DNA of 64,000 nt from Flectonema sp. DT1601. Taxonomy: Eukaryota. Below the pieces are notes generated by a model. That model did not search any database, had not been told where the DNA came from, and saw only the letters and a list, made by a program, of their open reading frames with translations. The DNA lies in assembly GCA_964019425.1 (NCBI GenBank), contig OZ025797.1, positions 1,116,001 to 1,180,000 on the forward strand, read 5' to 3'. Made by a program: the position numbers and the translations under genes. Of the stretch, positions 10,801 to 20,055 are shown piece after piece. The number at the start of each line of letters is the position of its first letter. The stretch's first letter is position 1.

Positions 10801-12229
10801 TCTCCATGAACTGATCAATTGTGTGATTAGTGAATGCCACAAGAAGGATCTTCTCGGTGGGGTCATTACGATACAGCAGGTTTACGGCGTGTGTAGCAAC
10901 GTGTGTCTTACCTGTCCCTGGAGGACCTTGAACTAAGCTCAGTTTGTTCTCCAAAATCTCCCCCACTGCACGCTGCTGTGGTGAGTCAAGGTCCAGCATT
11001 GGAAGCTGAGAATACACCGCAGACTCTACTCCCTGAGATAAGTGTGAGACAGAACGAGCTGTTTCATTAGTCTTCCCCCCAAGAATAATATCCTCAAAGG
11101 GAACCTTCCGAATAACTTGCAAGCGCCTCAGAACAGGAGGATACGCAAACAGACTCCCACCCAGCTGCACCATGGTTGCTCCCTTTTCTCTCAATACAGC
11201 AGCACCCATCGTTCCGTCCCAGAAACTGATTCCAATAGTCGGACGATGGCTACTTAACTCACCTACTTCTCTCGCTACGATGGTAGCGAGGGCAACAATT
11301 GTAAAGTTTTCTCTTGTAACAAACGCCACCACACCGCTTGTAGGGAGAAGGTTGCCCGAGTTCTCAATGAGTTCTCGCCGCTTTCTTATTGAATTTTCGT
11401 TTGCCAGCACATGTGTTGGGTGGTAGTTGAAGTTTACAATAAAGAAAGCTTCTCTAGACTGATAACCGTTGTGCTTCACACCTTTCCCATTGTCTTTGCC
11501 TTTGCCTTTACCTTTACCTTTACCTTTACCTTCCTCGCCACCACCAACATAAATAGTATTGAAGGTTGCATTCTCAAACCACCTTCTGCGTGCCCTCTTG
11601 CTGGTTATATCCTTCCTCCAGATATCACGCATTGCAGTAAGGTGATCCTTCATTTCTTCTCTCAAAGGTCCAATAAGATCCTCTCTTAAAAGGGCAAAGT
11701 GGAAGGCAAGATATTCCTCACAAGTTGCAGAACCTGGTTTACTTGGAAGTGGAAGATTGACCCTCGGATCGATGACTTCTTGCAGGGTGGGCATGATTTC
11801 CTGATAGCGGTATGAATGTCTACTGCCATTGAGATCGTTCACTATGGTTGCTTCATCTTGCATCCATTGCACAATCGGTGTATTCCTATCAGGAATTGTT
11901 TTCAGTTTCCTTTGAAATTCGCTGTCGGAGAGAAGCAAACCGAGCAGCTTGCGTATCTGATCGATGTGCATTGGATGTTTCTTCAAGAATTCCAGGAATT
12001 TTGAGAAGGCTTCAAAATTTTGAGTTATCAGAGAACAGCACACTTTTGAAATGAATTCGGATCCATTCTTGTTAGGGTCTAATAACATTGTGACGACCGT
12101 CAGGCATCCTTTGTGAACAGCCTTGTCTACAAAAAGAACTGCATCACTTAAAGTATGGCAAGCACCAGACTCAATGCGATCCTCAATGAATCCTCCTTTA
12201 CCACCTTTACCCTTCCTGCTTGTCTTCAT
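4880..12229 (-). CDS. ZNFX1-like SF1 (Upf1-type) helicase with NF-X1-type zinc fingers, coiled coil and three CbbX/SpoVK-type AAA+ domains
   Basis: 2449-aa intronless ORF. Helicase motifs LLREDL, QGPPGTGKT, FTNHTID, IEEAGE, GDHKQLRP, QHRMRP, LTPYLGQ, TIDNFQGEE, RVNVMLSRAR. Cys-rich CSHPCPKMCH. Three AAA modules: GNPGTGKTT/IDEAY twice and GAPGTGKTT/IDEAY. Confidence 0.85.
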   Translation of the reverse strand: MKTSRKGKGGKGGFIEDRIESGACHTLSDAVLFVDKAVHKGCLTVVTMLLDPNKNGSEFISKVCCSLITQNFEAFSKFLEFLKKHPMHIDQIRKLLGLLLSDSEFQRKLKTIPDRNTPIVQWMQDEATIVNDLNGSRHSYRYQEIMPTLQEVIDPRVNLPLPSKPGSATCEEYLAFHFALLREDLIGPLREEMKDHLTAMRDIWRKDITSKRARRRWFENATFNTIYVGGGEEGKGKGKGKGKGKDNGKGVKHNGYQSREAFFIVNFNYHPTHVLANENSIRKRRELIENSGNLLPTSGVVAFVTRENFTIVALATIVAREVGELSSHRPTIGISFWDGTMGAAVLREKGATMVQLGGSLFAYPPVLRRLQVIRKVPFEDIILGGKTNETARSVSHLSQGVESAVYSQLPMLDLDSPQQRAVGEILENKLSLVQGPPGTGKTHVATHAVNLLYRNDPTEKILLVAFTNHTIDQFMESLHIRRSIPLDKMVRFGSGCKSTLLADRVMMKLEKSQRRANVGSIFHGLREQLDSLERDIVSASKKALHSHPKWRIVKEVLNRKGLNAIADQLSTETTKDGFTLIGKAGKQRQHFDQYELWFSGKSKSGDKMRTGDPFPWNLTLAGRKSKLDDWLDLDSSRVELSDLVVEHADVRKQMRKLGDFERKMVVDECHILGCTTTFLAENSSLLDDVTSVFIEEAGELLECSALTSLLSLKLRRVAMIGDHKQLRPKIESYDLTVESGGPYKFNTSMFERLILEGSPYVTLEMQHRMRPEMSRLVRPTYEQYIDGPKVVVDRQVPKGTAKNVVFIDHNVPENAEGSENTTDSLSKTNQYEVIMVMGMLRYFVNQGHSPGDIVILTPYLGQLIDIRRALEKSKLWKATLSELDEEQLAKQKDDGESNNEDEDEDVPKDRAAVRVSTIDNFQGEESDIVIVSLVRCNKRGNIGFLKQPERVNVMLSRARCGLYMIGSLATLTNPRGSVWIRLRKLLEEAKQVYNGFPAVCERHRTVQLLKSENDFINLTPDGGCSLPCESSLKCSHPCPKMCHSTPHTKIRCRVPVSSTCSEGHHVVFECYKKEQGVLDCSLCRKIREIDMKMATVLDEKRSKAIKEEEAHILLMKKLEGEAILAEKEIDAIREERERVIKRAALAERKVLLLQEARGEKDTNELKTEIELIKQKRESQENLEMKRKNRMAKVKALTQQRDLEVRRLAEARQKSTEEMRTINDRANLQKRNLEESNAVKERESEQLNAMREDLRKACEKGELDKIVSAAQRDPENFDIIFGWKDMHKELKNTTPRQEVLRGGPMQATIILLSEKPNVTSAYRMLLEGDDEVVLFLRRYCEQLLADGPARSLLEDAANVTLPSFYLSMVLALRTNMQSVVKGNLSLAHRFLCGSVLVSLIQLRDAGADTILLDAVFGLVAKKTRIFKETFCENESDKVSRPRGVVCRMLQEACTKPRSQLDLSSAKRRAEKSSWEKLANERKAFKKLVGMTGLSTVKKYFYDVILGIQQAKEVGRDYKKRQYSTIFTGNPGTGKTTVARIFCEALQEEGLFKDASNFIETSGTKLITDGVDKCASTLKELENGGVMLIDEAYQLRDGSDPRGGQILNLLLTEMENHKGKMTIVLAGYEARIADLIAFNEGLPSRFPNKCKFEDYSDEELLCIFESKRKNDKSTIDSKPVFDLEDKRYLEVAVRRLGRRRGLGFGNARTMHNLYDIATDRNAARARKSGVTDRTLRKEDLLGVTDFNVKNSEPYKKLEDMMGLQSIKESMEAVLDSIEQNIKLEEDLKAPREVMLNRVFIGNPGTGKTTVAELYGKILKEAGVLSRGEVILRTASDCVGTVLGESAKKTSALLESAMGSVLVIDEAYGLDPCSGFNSKCPYREEVINTIVEKVSGGTGEDRAVVLLGYTKEMEKMINNCNPGFQRRFQFTNAWNFEDFNDDELFRILAARLKKQDLLMDTSDIVKVVSEVLSKKKMLPNFGNAGEVNNCVSAAAQRLLKCAKNDPSIASDRLLFSHFQESAGAEQTDVAALFSDLFSVGSIVTRFERIRNVCLQCKKKGKEPRDVIPMNFRFVGAPGTGKTTVAKRIGKLYESLGILGSSEVNMKSVSDFVTGYAQQAAKQTQMIFKESLGRVLFIDEAYRLTESREVLDEIVQLLTDETYQYKMVVVLAGYKKDIDAMLTTNEGLKSRIAEEILFSNFSRDECCDILVTMLKKKCIPVESDARDVIEAEMDECLKLSSWSNVRDVETLRNKCFEEHAQHADRPLHNWELEKVFQKFRETREENLPAKLSKASDTQKLPLMSAPTASAISKNVVSAVAAAAEVPEVDESEPEVETETKNINEDPWKDSGISDSFTTELTNRGTSLGLTTVTDLRRAFSDPELMQKLESGFDFAMMTIWKQIWKQQDDWRIEQERLVKLKKKKQTPVWRCGVCGRYDCSYRPYIERYIEVEE

Positions 12230-12339
12230 TGTTCTTAGTTTTGTCAGTATAAGTTTCCTGTAAAATGTAATAAATGGATATATGCAACGACAACGGACTT
12301 CATAGCCGGCAGAACCACATCAGAAAGTAGAAAGGAGAA

Positions 12340-14187
12340 CGTTTTCTTTATTTCTTATTTTGTCTTTTGGGTAAAGGTTGGATAGTCGTTGGTTTGCGGT
12401 AGGTAGTCTTCCAATCAGGACGCTTCTTGTCCTTCGTCGCTCAATACGGAGACGGTAGCCAAAGACCACTGGGTTACCGAGCTATGAAGCTCTACGGTCC
12501 TCAGAGAGTTATTAGGAGATGAATTAGGAGTGATGTATGAGTATGATATACTAAAAAGATAGTAACTTCTGATAACAGCTTGTTGCCGTCCATTGTTCTA
12601 AATGCCATACGAAGCCAGCGAGGGAATGTAAGTTCCTCGTAGCAAACATAAATGGCAGCTCTCAGGCCTCCGGTAGCATCAAGATATTGCCTAAACATCA
12701 CCCGTTTGATCGATGGTTTCGCCCTTGTTGAACCCTCCATAATCTTACCAAACAGCTTTCTGTTAGCTTCCCTCGCTATCCTTGACTTATATGCGAAGAA
12801 GTCCATAGTCGTTGACACCGGCTTGCTCTTAACATTTTTCGAAATCTTTTTCGCCAGTTCATCTGCCTTGTCATTCGGTTCAATTCCCACATGAGCTGGG
12901 ATGAATTGAAAGTGTACGAATGAGTCTAATTTTCTTATCCCTTCTAGTATCGAGAGAGAGTTCAGCTTCCTCTGAGCCGCAATTCCACCACGCAGCTCAT
13001 CCAGATTAGATTTAGAATCACTGAAGACTCTCGTGATTCCAGATCTGGGACCCAAGACAGAGGTTGCTTTTCCAAATTCACTTATTAACAGCTTCAGAGT
13101 TACCTGTTCAGCTTTATAACTACTTTCCGTTGCAACAAGTCTCGATGCCATGGTCCGTTCGCACGGCGTGATCTGCACTGCCGCTGCGCCTGCCGTGTAG
13201 TTGACAGGGTCGTGGGATCCGTCAACAAAAATAGACGAGGTACATGGCCTTAGTTCGCTGCAGTACTCCTCGAACTTAGCCTTGTCCACTTCAGCAACAC
13301 CAGTCTTTGAATGTCCATATCCGCAAGATATCTCCAGGTTCGGAACATCTATCCATGGCTCGATGCTGTCAGGCATGACAATCCCTTGGATCTTCATATT
13401 ACGGTCTTCAGCTGGTAAAGTGAACTCCAAGTTCCACTAGCAATTCTCTTCGTAAAAAGAACCCAATCCAGTGACCGATACCTGAATAAAGCAATTCTGG
13501 CTTGCTTCTCAATCTGCAGTCTCATCGGGAGTATGTTCGCCTCCCACAGTAACGGAAGGGACCTTGTGTTGAAGCCGCAGCCTGTGATTTTTCTAGCTAT
13601 CTTCCTCAGATTCAGGTCAATAGGTTTAAGTTGTTCATCTGTCAAGAAAGGTCCATAGCTCTCAAGCCCATACAGAATCCTTGAGAGGATGTATAAGTTC
13701 TTGATCATGTTCAGCATTTTGAAATCAAAGTTGAATTGCTCCAACTTTCGAAGCAGAACAAGTCCCTTCCTCGTCTCATCCAGTAGTTTATCCACTTGTG
13801 TACCATATTTCAGGTCATCGTCAATATGGACACCCAAGTACTTAACACTATCCACCATCGGCATGAGTACGGCAGTCAGCAACTTCACCCAGGTCGGATC
13901 CGGTCCCACTGGCATCAGTTCAAGAAGTTCACTTGCCTTCGTAACCTCAGTATCACCCAGCTTGAGGATCATCGCCCCGTTTCCAAGTAATGGCCTACCT
14001 TCTTCATTTGACCGAATCATCCCAGCCAGTTCCTCCCTACTGATCCGAAAGAAGTTCTCTCCTGACGTTCTGGGGAATCCCAGCCTCCAATACATATTCC
14101 TAGGACAGTCCACCGGCATCCCGCAGGTCTTCGAAACCGACAGTGCCATGTCATTATCTTTGCACCAACGATCTACTAACCCAAGGA
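12340..14187 (-). mobile_element. 5'-truncated, frameshifted ingi/I-like non-LTR retrotransposon (RT C-terminal half + RNase H)
   Basis: ORF 13394-14149 has KYLGVHIDDDL and RKIARKITGC..LLWEANILP. ORF 12501-13430 has RNase H motifs FVDGS, SYKAEQ, FSDSKS, FIPAHVGIEPNDKADELAK. Frameshift near 13400-13440. Boundaries approximate. Confidence 0.8.
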
Positions 14188-17100
14188 CTAACTGCAGATT
14201 TTGTCTGCTTCTTCGTTTCCGACAATGCCACAGTGAGAAAAGACATGCTGGAAAATAAACTTTGTTTTGAATTTATTGTTGAAAAATTCAATAAACTGCC
14301 AGATGCGGCTTCCTAGTCTCGTTTTCTGTTTTGTTCCCCCTTTTTCCAGTTCCATCAAGGCACTGGAGGAGTCTGACACAAATAAAACTGACGCATTTTC
14401 CGGCGGTTTAAATTCCTTAAAAAGTAAAACAAAAGCGTTTTTGATCGCCATCATTTCAGCCCTAAAAGAGGTGCAGATTATTCCTGCTTCACTTTTGTTT
14501 GTGAGAAATTCGTTTCCTTCGCTGTCTATGATGTACACACCAGCAGCACCGCGTTCTTCAACAACGGCACCATCGGTATATACCTCTAAGACTGGTTCAT
14601 AATCTTTCCTTATTTCATTAAGAACAGCTTCACAAGCTTTTTTATTTTTTTTTTTGTCTTTTTTTTTTCTAACATGCATTTCTGGTTTAAAAACATTGAA
14701 ATCATTTGAAAAACTCCATGGAGGATGAACGTAAATGGGATATTTCTTAAAACTGAGTGATAGAAGGTTGTGTTTTTTCAGAACATTCATTCCTAAACGA
14801 GTAAAAGAATCAATGGGTGTTGAGGATATTCTTTCAGGTGGAATAAAGACATTTAATAAAGGGGACGTGATTCGCGCCATTTTGGCGAACCATCTACCAG
14901 TTTCAAGTCTCAAATGGGTGTTGATACTTTGTTGTTGTGCCTCAAAAAAGATCTTATCTCTTGTTTCCCTTGTTGGTGGTAAGGCACCTAAAACATAGCA
15001 CGCACCCCTAAGGTGTAAAGAGAGAAGCCTGTCCATGTGAATCTTTTTATACCTAACTTCAGGATAAAAAGCTTCACACGAGTTTGTTATGACAGGTCGA
15101 ATATACAAATCATACACCTCACGCAAAGTTGCAGTACACTGTCCCCATGCTTTTGATGCGACAAGCTTCAGATACCTTAAGCGAAGATTAACTCTTCTAC
15201 AAATATACGAGATATGCTGTTTCCAATCGAGCTTGTTATCAAGGATCACCCCAAGAAGCTTGGCGCTATCAACACATGGAACAATATTTTTTGTTAAATT
15301 TGAAGTAAAAGTGAAAGGTGTTTGTAGTGGGGAATTTGGGGAGTAGGGATAATACACAAGTTTTGTTTTGTCAGGCTCATAACTTACTTTTAATTTTAAT
15401 TCGTTTAGATCCTTTTCAATCTCATTAAAGAAATATTTCGTTTTTGCCAAATGATAAGTAAAACCTTTCCCTTCATCATCAACTACAAAAGCAATATCAT
15501 CCGCATACTTAGCAACCGTAATATCTAGTCTCTCTGCTACTTTTTCAATATACAGAGTAAAAAGTAGAGCCGACAAAACTGTTCCTTGTGGAACACCAGA
15601 ATAAACATTGTGGTAAGAACCTTTTTCATTATTAACAACAACCGCTGCTCTTCGTTTTTTAAGAAAGGCCTGAATCCAGGCTATAAAATGTTTTGGTATT
15701 CCAAGATCTACCATCCTTTGAAGGAGAAGATCATGGTTCACACTATTAAAAGCTTTTTCTATATCAAGAAGAACAAGGGCCGCTGACTTTTTTTGGTGTT
15801 TAAGAAATCTAAGTCTGTCCGTAACATATAGGATGTTTTCCCGGCAGGAACGCGTTTTTCGATAAGAAGTTTGGTTGAAACCAATACCGTCAGTTTTCTT
15901 TTCATTCGGTGATTGCATAAAATACGTAAGACGTTCCTTCACCATTCTTTCCATCAATTTCGCAATAAAAGGGGTGAGAGAGATCATTCTATATGAAGAG
16001 GGGAGGTTTGGGGGTTTTCCTTTTTTTAAAACAGGGATCCAGTGTGTGTCTTTCCAATCACTCGGGACAACAGAATGTTTCCACGAATTGTTAAAAATCT
16101 TAAGTAAAATGTTTAGCATTCTAGGTCCCAAATGGTTAAGAAGAATACCTTGAACGCCATCTGGTGAATTCTTTTCCAGAGCCATTCCTCTCAATTGGAT
16201 TCTAAGTTCATGTTGTGTAAATGGTGTAAAATCAGAAGGGTCTGTTTCTATTTTCTTTGTCTTTGTTTTTTCTTCGATATTACCAACACGTTGTAAAAAT
16301 TGATTATTGAAAATTGATGCTTTTTCCACATCATCTGTAACAAGTTTATCACCACAGGTGATTTCTCGAATTTCTTTAAGCCTTGATCTGCCATCAAGGC
16401 CTCTTATGTCTTCAAAAGCTTCAATAATAGACTTGTCTTTTTTAAGGCTTTTTTTAAACTGTTGATTCTTGGCATCAACGACTGTTTTTTTGAGTTCTTT
16501 TTTAAAGATGTAAAAATTGACTTTCCCTGTTGCGACAGATCTGTAAGATCATCCCGTTGGTCACAATGTGACTCGTTGAACTCATGAAACTTAGATGCAA
16601 CCGTCGTGTTCCACCACTTCTTTGGTGACTTTCCTTTCAAATAAATCCTTGGTACAAAGATCCGTAGCGCATTTTTTAATTCTCTTATGAATTCCATTGA
16701 TAATTTCTGGTTATCTTGAATCTTTTCAAGTCGCTTCGCCACCCTTTCGAGGTGGGAGCTGTAGTTTGGCCACAGTGCCCTGTTCCAATTATAAGAAAAA
16801 ACCGTTGCACCGTTCGCTCTGTTTATCGAATCCGAAAAAAAAGAGAAAAATACATTGGTACATGATCGCTTGATAGAGATTCGAGCGTCGTCCAGTTGCC
16901 AATATCACAGTTTTTTTGGAGAACAACATCAGGAGAGGTGTTTGATTTTGGTCTTGTGGGGATTTCCTTAACGTTGCAGCATTCAAACTGGTTATTGTTT
17001 AGAAAAGTCGAGACTTCATGGCCATTTGTGTTTGACTCGTCTCTCGGGTCCCAGAGTGGATGCCTTGCGTTAAGATCCCCCGCGATAACTACTTTATCAT

Positions 17101-17745
17101 TTTTATTAAAAAGAAAAATACTATTCATATCAAAAGAGGGGGACCTATCAGAGGTTGATTGGCTTACCGGTGGTCTGTACACGTTGTATACCCTTACAGT
17201 TTGTTTTGAATTTGACACAAAAATGCCCTGGACTTCAGTGCAGTCTTGGCTGTGTTGTGCAACAGCGAATGCTGTCACGCTTAGGCTGTTCTTGTAAAAA
17301 ATTGCCAATCCACCACCTCTGACGGGTGCGTTTTTTTTTACCGGAATTCTCCGGTCTCTTCTGAGACACTTGTACCCATTAAAATTAATGGTTTCGTCGT
17401 TATCCTTTAACAAAGTTTCCTGAACCATGAAAAGGTCAGGTTTTATATTTTGTAAAAAAAAAGTTATTTCGTCGGATTTCGACTTGAGACCACAAACATT
17501 AAAAGATACAATTCTCAGTTCACTGTTTTTTTGCTTTTTTTGTGGACCGGGGTTCGGGTGAATGTCTCCACACAAAAGAAGGTTCGAGAAATAAAAAAGA
17601 TAAAAATCATAAAACAGTCAATTCGGAGGTTCTTCTTTTTTTCTTTTTGTGTTGTCATCACTATCGTTTTCTTTGTCCAGCTTCAGCTTCACAAGATCGA
17701 TGTCTTCGTCCATCGATCCTTGTTGAAAACCTTCTTTTTCTGCAG
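14188..17745 (-). mobile_element. Degenerate ingi/I-clade LINE: probable ORF1 tail, 2A-like peptide, APE endonuclease, RT, RNase H; truncated at both ends
   Basis: 16823-17575 APE (SFNVCGL, VQETLL, GGGLAI, NVYRPP, AGDLNARH, SDHVP). 14188-16329 RT (YRMISLT, LDIEKAFNSV, GVPQGTVLS, YADD, LLGVILD) and RNase H (YTDGA, RAEMMAI, SDSSSAL, HVFSHCGIVGNEEADK). Frameshifts between ~16330 and ~16850. Confidence 0.9.
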
Positions 17746-19600
17746 TGCCTCCAGCCATATGAATTGGACTACAAGACCCTAAAGATGGTTAAAAACTTGT
17801 ACGTAACAGCGAGGATTTCCTATGCACTGGACAGCTTTGGTTGGTTGCTCAACCAGCATAAAACAGATGCTATCGACTTCGAGATGAGAAAAATAGCGAG
17901 ACTCGTAACAGGATGCAGCAGATGTACTCCGAGGGAGTTGCTCCTTTGGGAAGCCGACATCTTACCGTTTAAAAGACAAATCGAAAAGCAGACTAAAATT
18001 GCCTATTTCAGGTACAAAGCCATGACCTGGGTGCCGGACACCAACTCACTCGCATCGCCTCGAAGCTTCTGGGGTGGCCTCATTCCCCGTTCTGAAGGTC
18101 AACTAGAAAGTGTGGGGATCGTTCAACCTGACTCTATCAAACCTTGGATTGCTTCGGACAATGTTCAAATCAGCAACAGCTGCGGTTTTACAAAATCCTC
18201 TGATCCCGCAGTGGACAGGGAGAAATTCCTTACCTACAACGCGACACTTCCTCCGGTGGATATGGTGATCAACTGTGACGGTTCATACTCTTCGAGTGCG
18301 TCAGGCGCGGCTCTCATTGCTAAGTCACGAGACGGAAAGAAACGTGCTCACGCGACCAGATTAGTGCGTGCGGATTGCAGCTACAGAACTGAGCAACATG
18401 CCTTGAAAAATGCGGCAAACTACTTAAACTGGAAGGTACAGAAAGACGGGTTAACTAAGTCAGTCAGAATCTATACCGACTCAAAATCATTGTTGGACGA
18501 GTTGAAGGGTGGCAGGTGTAAACAGAGAAACACCAGATCCCTCGGCATCCTCGAGAACCTACGGAACTGCGGTATGAAAGTACATCTTCAATTCATCCCT
18601 TCTCACATGGGGATAGAAGCACACGAGAACTTGCTAAGAAATCGGCTCACAACAGATACCTCCCTCAAATCCCAATCCGAGGATCCTTCTTCTATCACAA
18701 ATCCCGAGTGAGGAGGGGATCACGAAGGACATTAGGAACAGAATTGGTTACACCTGCTATAAAAACACCGTCAAAGGTGCCGCGATAAAATATCCTCCCG
18801 ACATGAAAAGGAGCGATGAAATCAGAATTGCGAATTTCAGAACGGGGTGTCATCCACTGATGCAAAACTGGCGGAAAGCCATCAAATGTCCATTCTGCCA
18901 TAGCGCTCCATCCAACCAACTCCACCTACTCGTAGGCTGTCATCACAGAAACTCGATGCAGCCAGATATGAAATCCTTGGCTTTTCTACATTGACAGGCA
19001 AATGGGACCGATCAAGTGATCTAATCCTCATCAACGGCATTCCTGCCAGTCTTGGCTCAATCTTTGCCACCAGCTGGCTTCCTTCAGTAGCGATGTTGAT
19101 CAGGTGGATGGAACAAGCATCCAACCTGAGACTTTGGAATTGTGTAGGTGACACGTAGTCGCCATTTAAGTGTTTTATCAATATTTAGTATTTTCATCAT
19201 TATCAATCATCTCCTGGTTGGGTAACTGCACATCACTTTCGGTGTTGTCGCAGTGTCTCATCCAACACTCCTGTCTCCTTCTTCTCCTTTAAATTTCTCT
19301 TGAGGGCAGGCCTTCGGGCTGTTCAAGTGGTCTTTGACCACCGCTCTAGTTATATGCTCGATTCTTTGTTTTCCTTATCGATGGTAGGAATGGTAACCGA
19401 ATTAGCTTCATGTGTCCAATTTCAAGGACGCGTGACCATTTATTTTTTTTCCGTTGCCGCTCTTCTTACGTCCTCAGGCGGAGCCTACCTATGTTTCCCG
19501 TGTTTTCCAATTGTCAGACTTAAATCAAAAGAAAGTATAAAAGAAAGACAAAACAAAGAAGTGAAAAGAACAAAAACAAAGTGTTTGGTAGCACAGACGA
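17746..19600 (+). mobile_element. 5'-truncated, frameshifted ingi/I-like LINE 3' part (RT thumb, RNase H, CCHC knuckle, 3' UTR); related to the 12340-14187 element
   Basis: KNLYVTARISYALDSFG..RKIARLVTGC..LLWEADILP aligns with the 13394-14149 protein. RNase H CDGS/YTDSKS/FIPSHMGIE. CPFCHSAPSNQLHLLVGC at ~18885-18940. A-rich end ~19525-19620. Confidence 0.8.
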
Positions 19601-20055
19601 GTGTAACCAAAAAAAGAAAAGTTTTTTTTATTTATTTTTTTTTTTTTTTTTTTTTGAGGGAGGTGAGAGGCAAGTATGGCAGGAGAGCAAACCCTCGGAA
19701 CCAGCGATCCTTATGTTACATGAGTGTGCGCTAAAAAGATAAACTGCAACACAAGTTTTGGGCCGGTTTTCTAGGTCCTACCATATCTGTCGCCGAAGCG
19801 AAGAAAAGAAAAAGGAAAAAAAAAAACAATATTTGTGGTTGTGTTTGCGCTGATGGTTGCACTCCCACTTCCAGCGTGTTTTTTCTTTCTTCTTACATTT
19901 ACATACAGTTTACATACAACTCTGTCTTCCTTTTCACTCTTCTTTTTTTTTTTTTTTTCATTTTTCTTTTAACATGTTTGCTTCTTTACATTTTTTACAA
20001 GTTCACTTCTTTACATTTAATTTTTTCCGTTCATTCACTTTCCGTTTCATGCTTC

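Noticed and set aside
12455..12510. Hammerhead ribozyme (CTGAGGA on the minus strand)
   Set aside because: The required GAAA after stem II is absent, and the related copy lacks the core. Treated only as a hairpin.
17542..18711. 389-aa plus-strand ORF as an intact gene
   Set aside because: Chimeric: the first ~65 aa are antisense of the neighbouring LINE, the rest is a truncated RT-thumb/RNase H with a frameshift near 18625.
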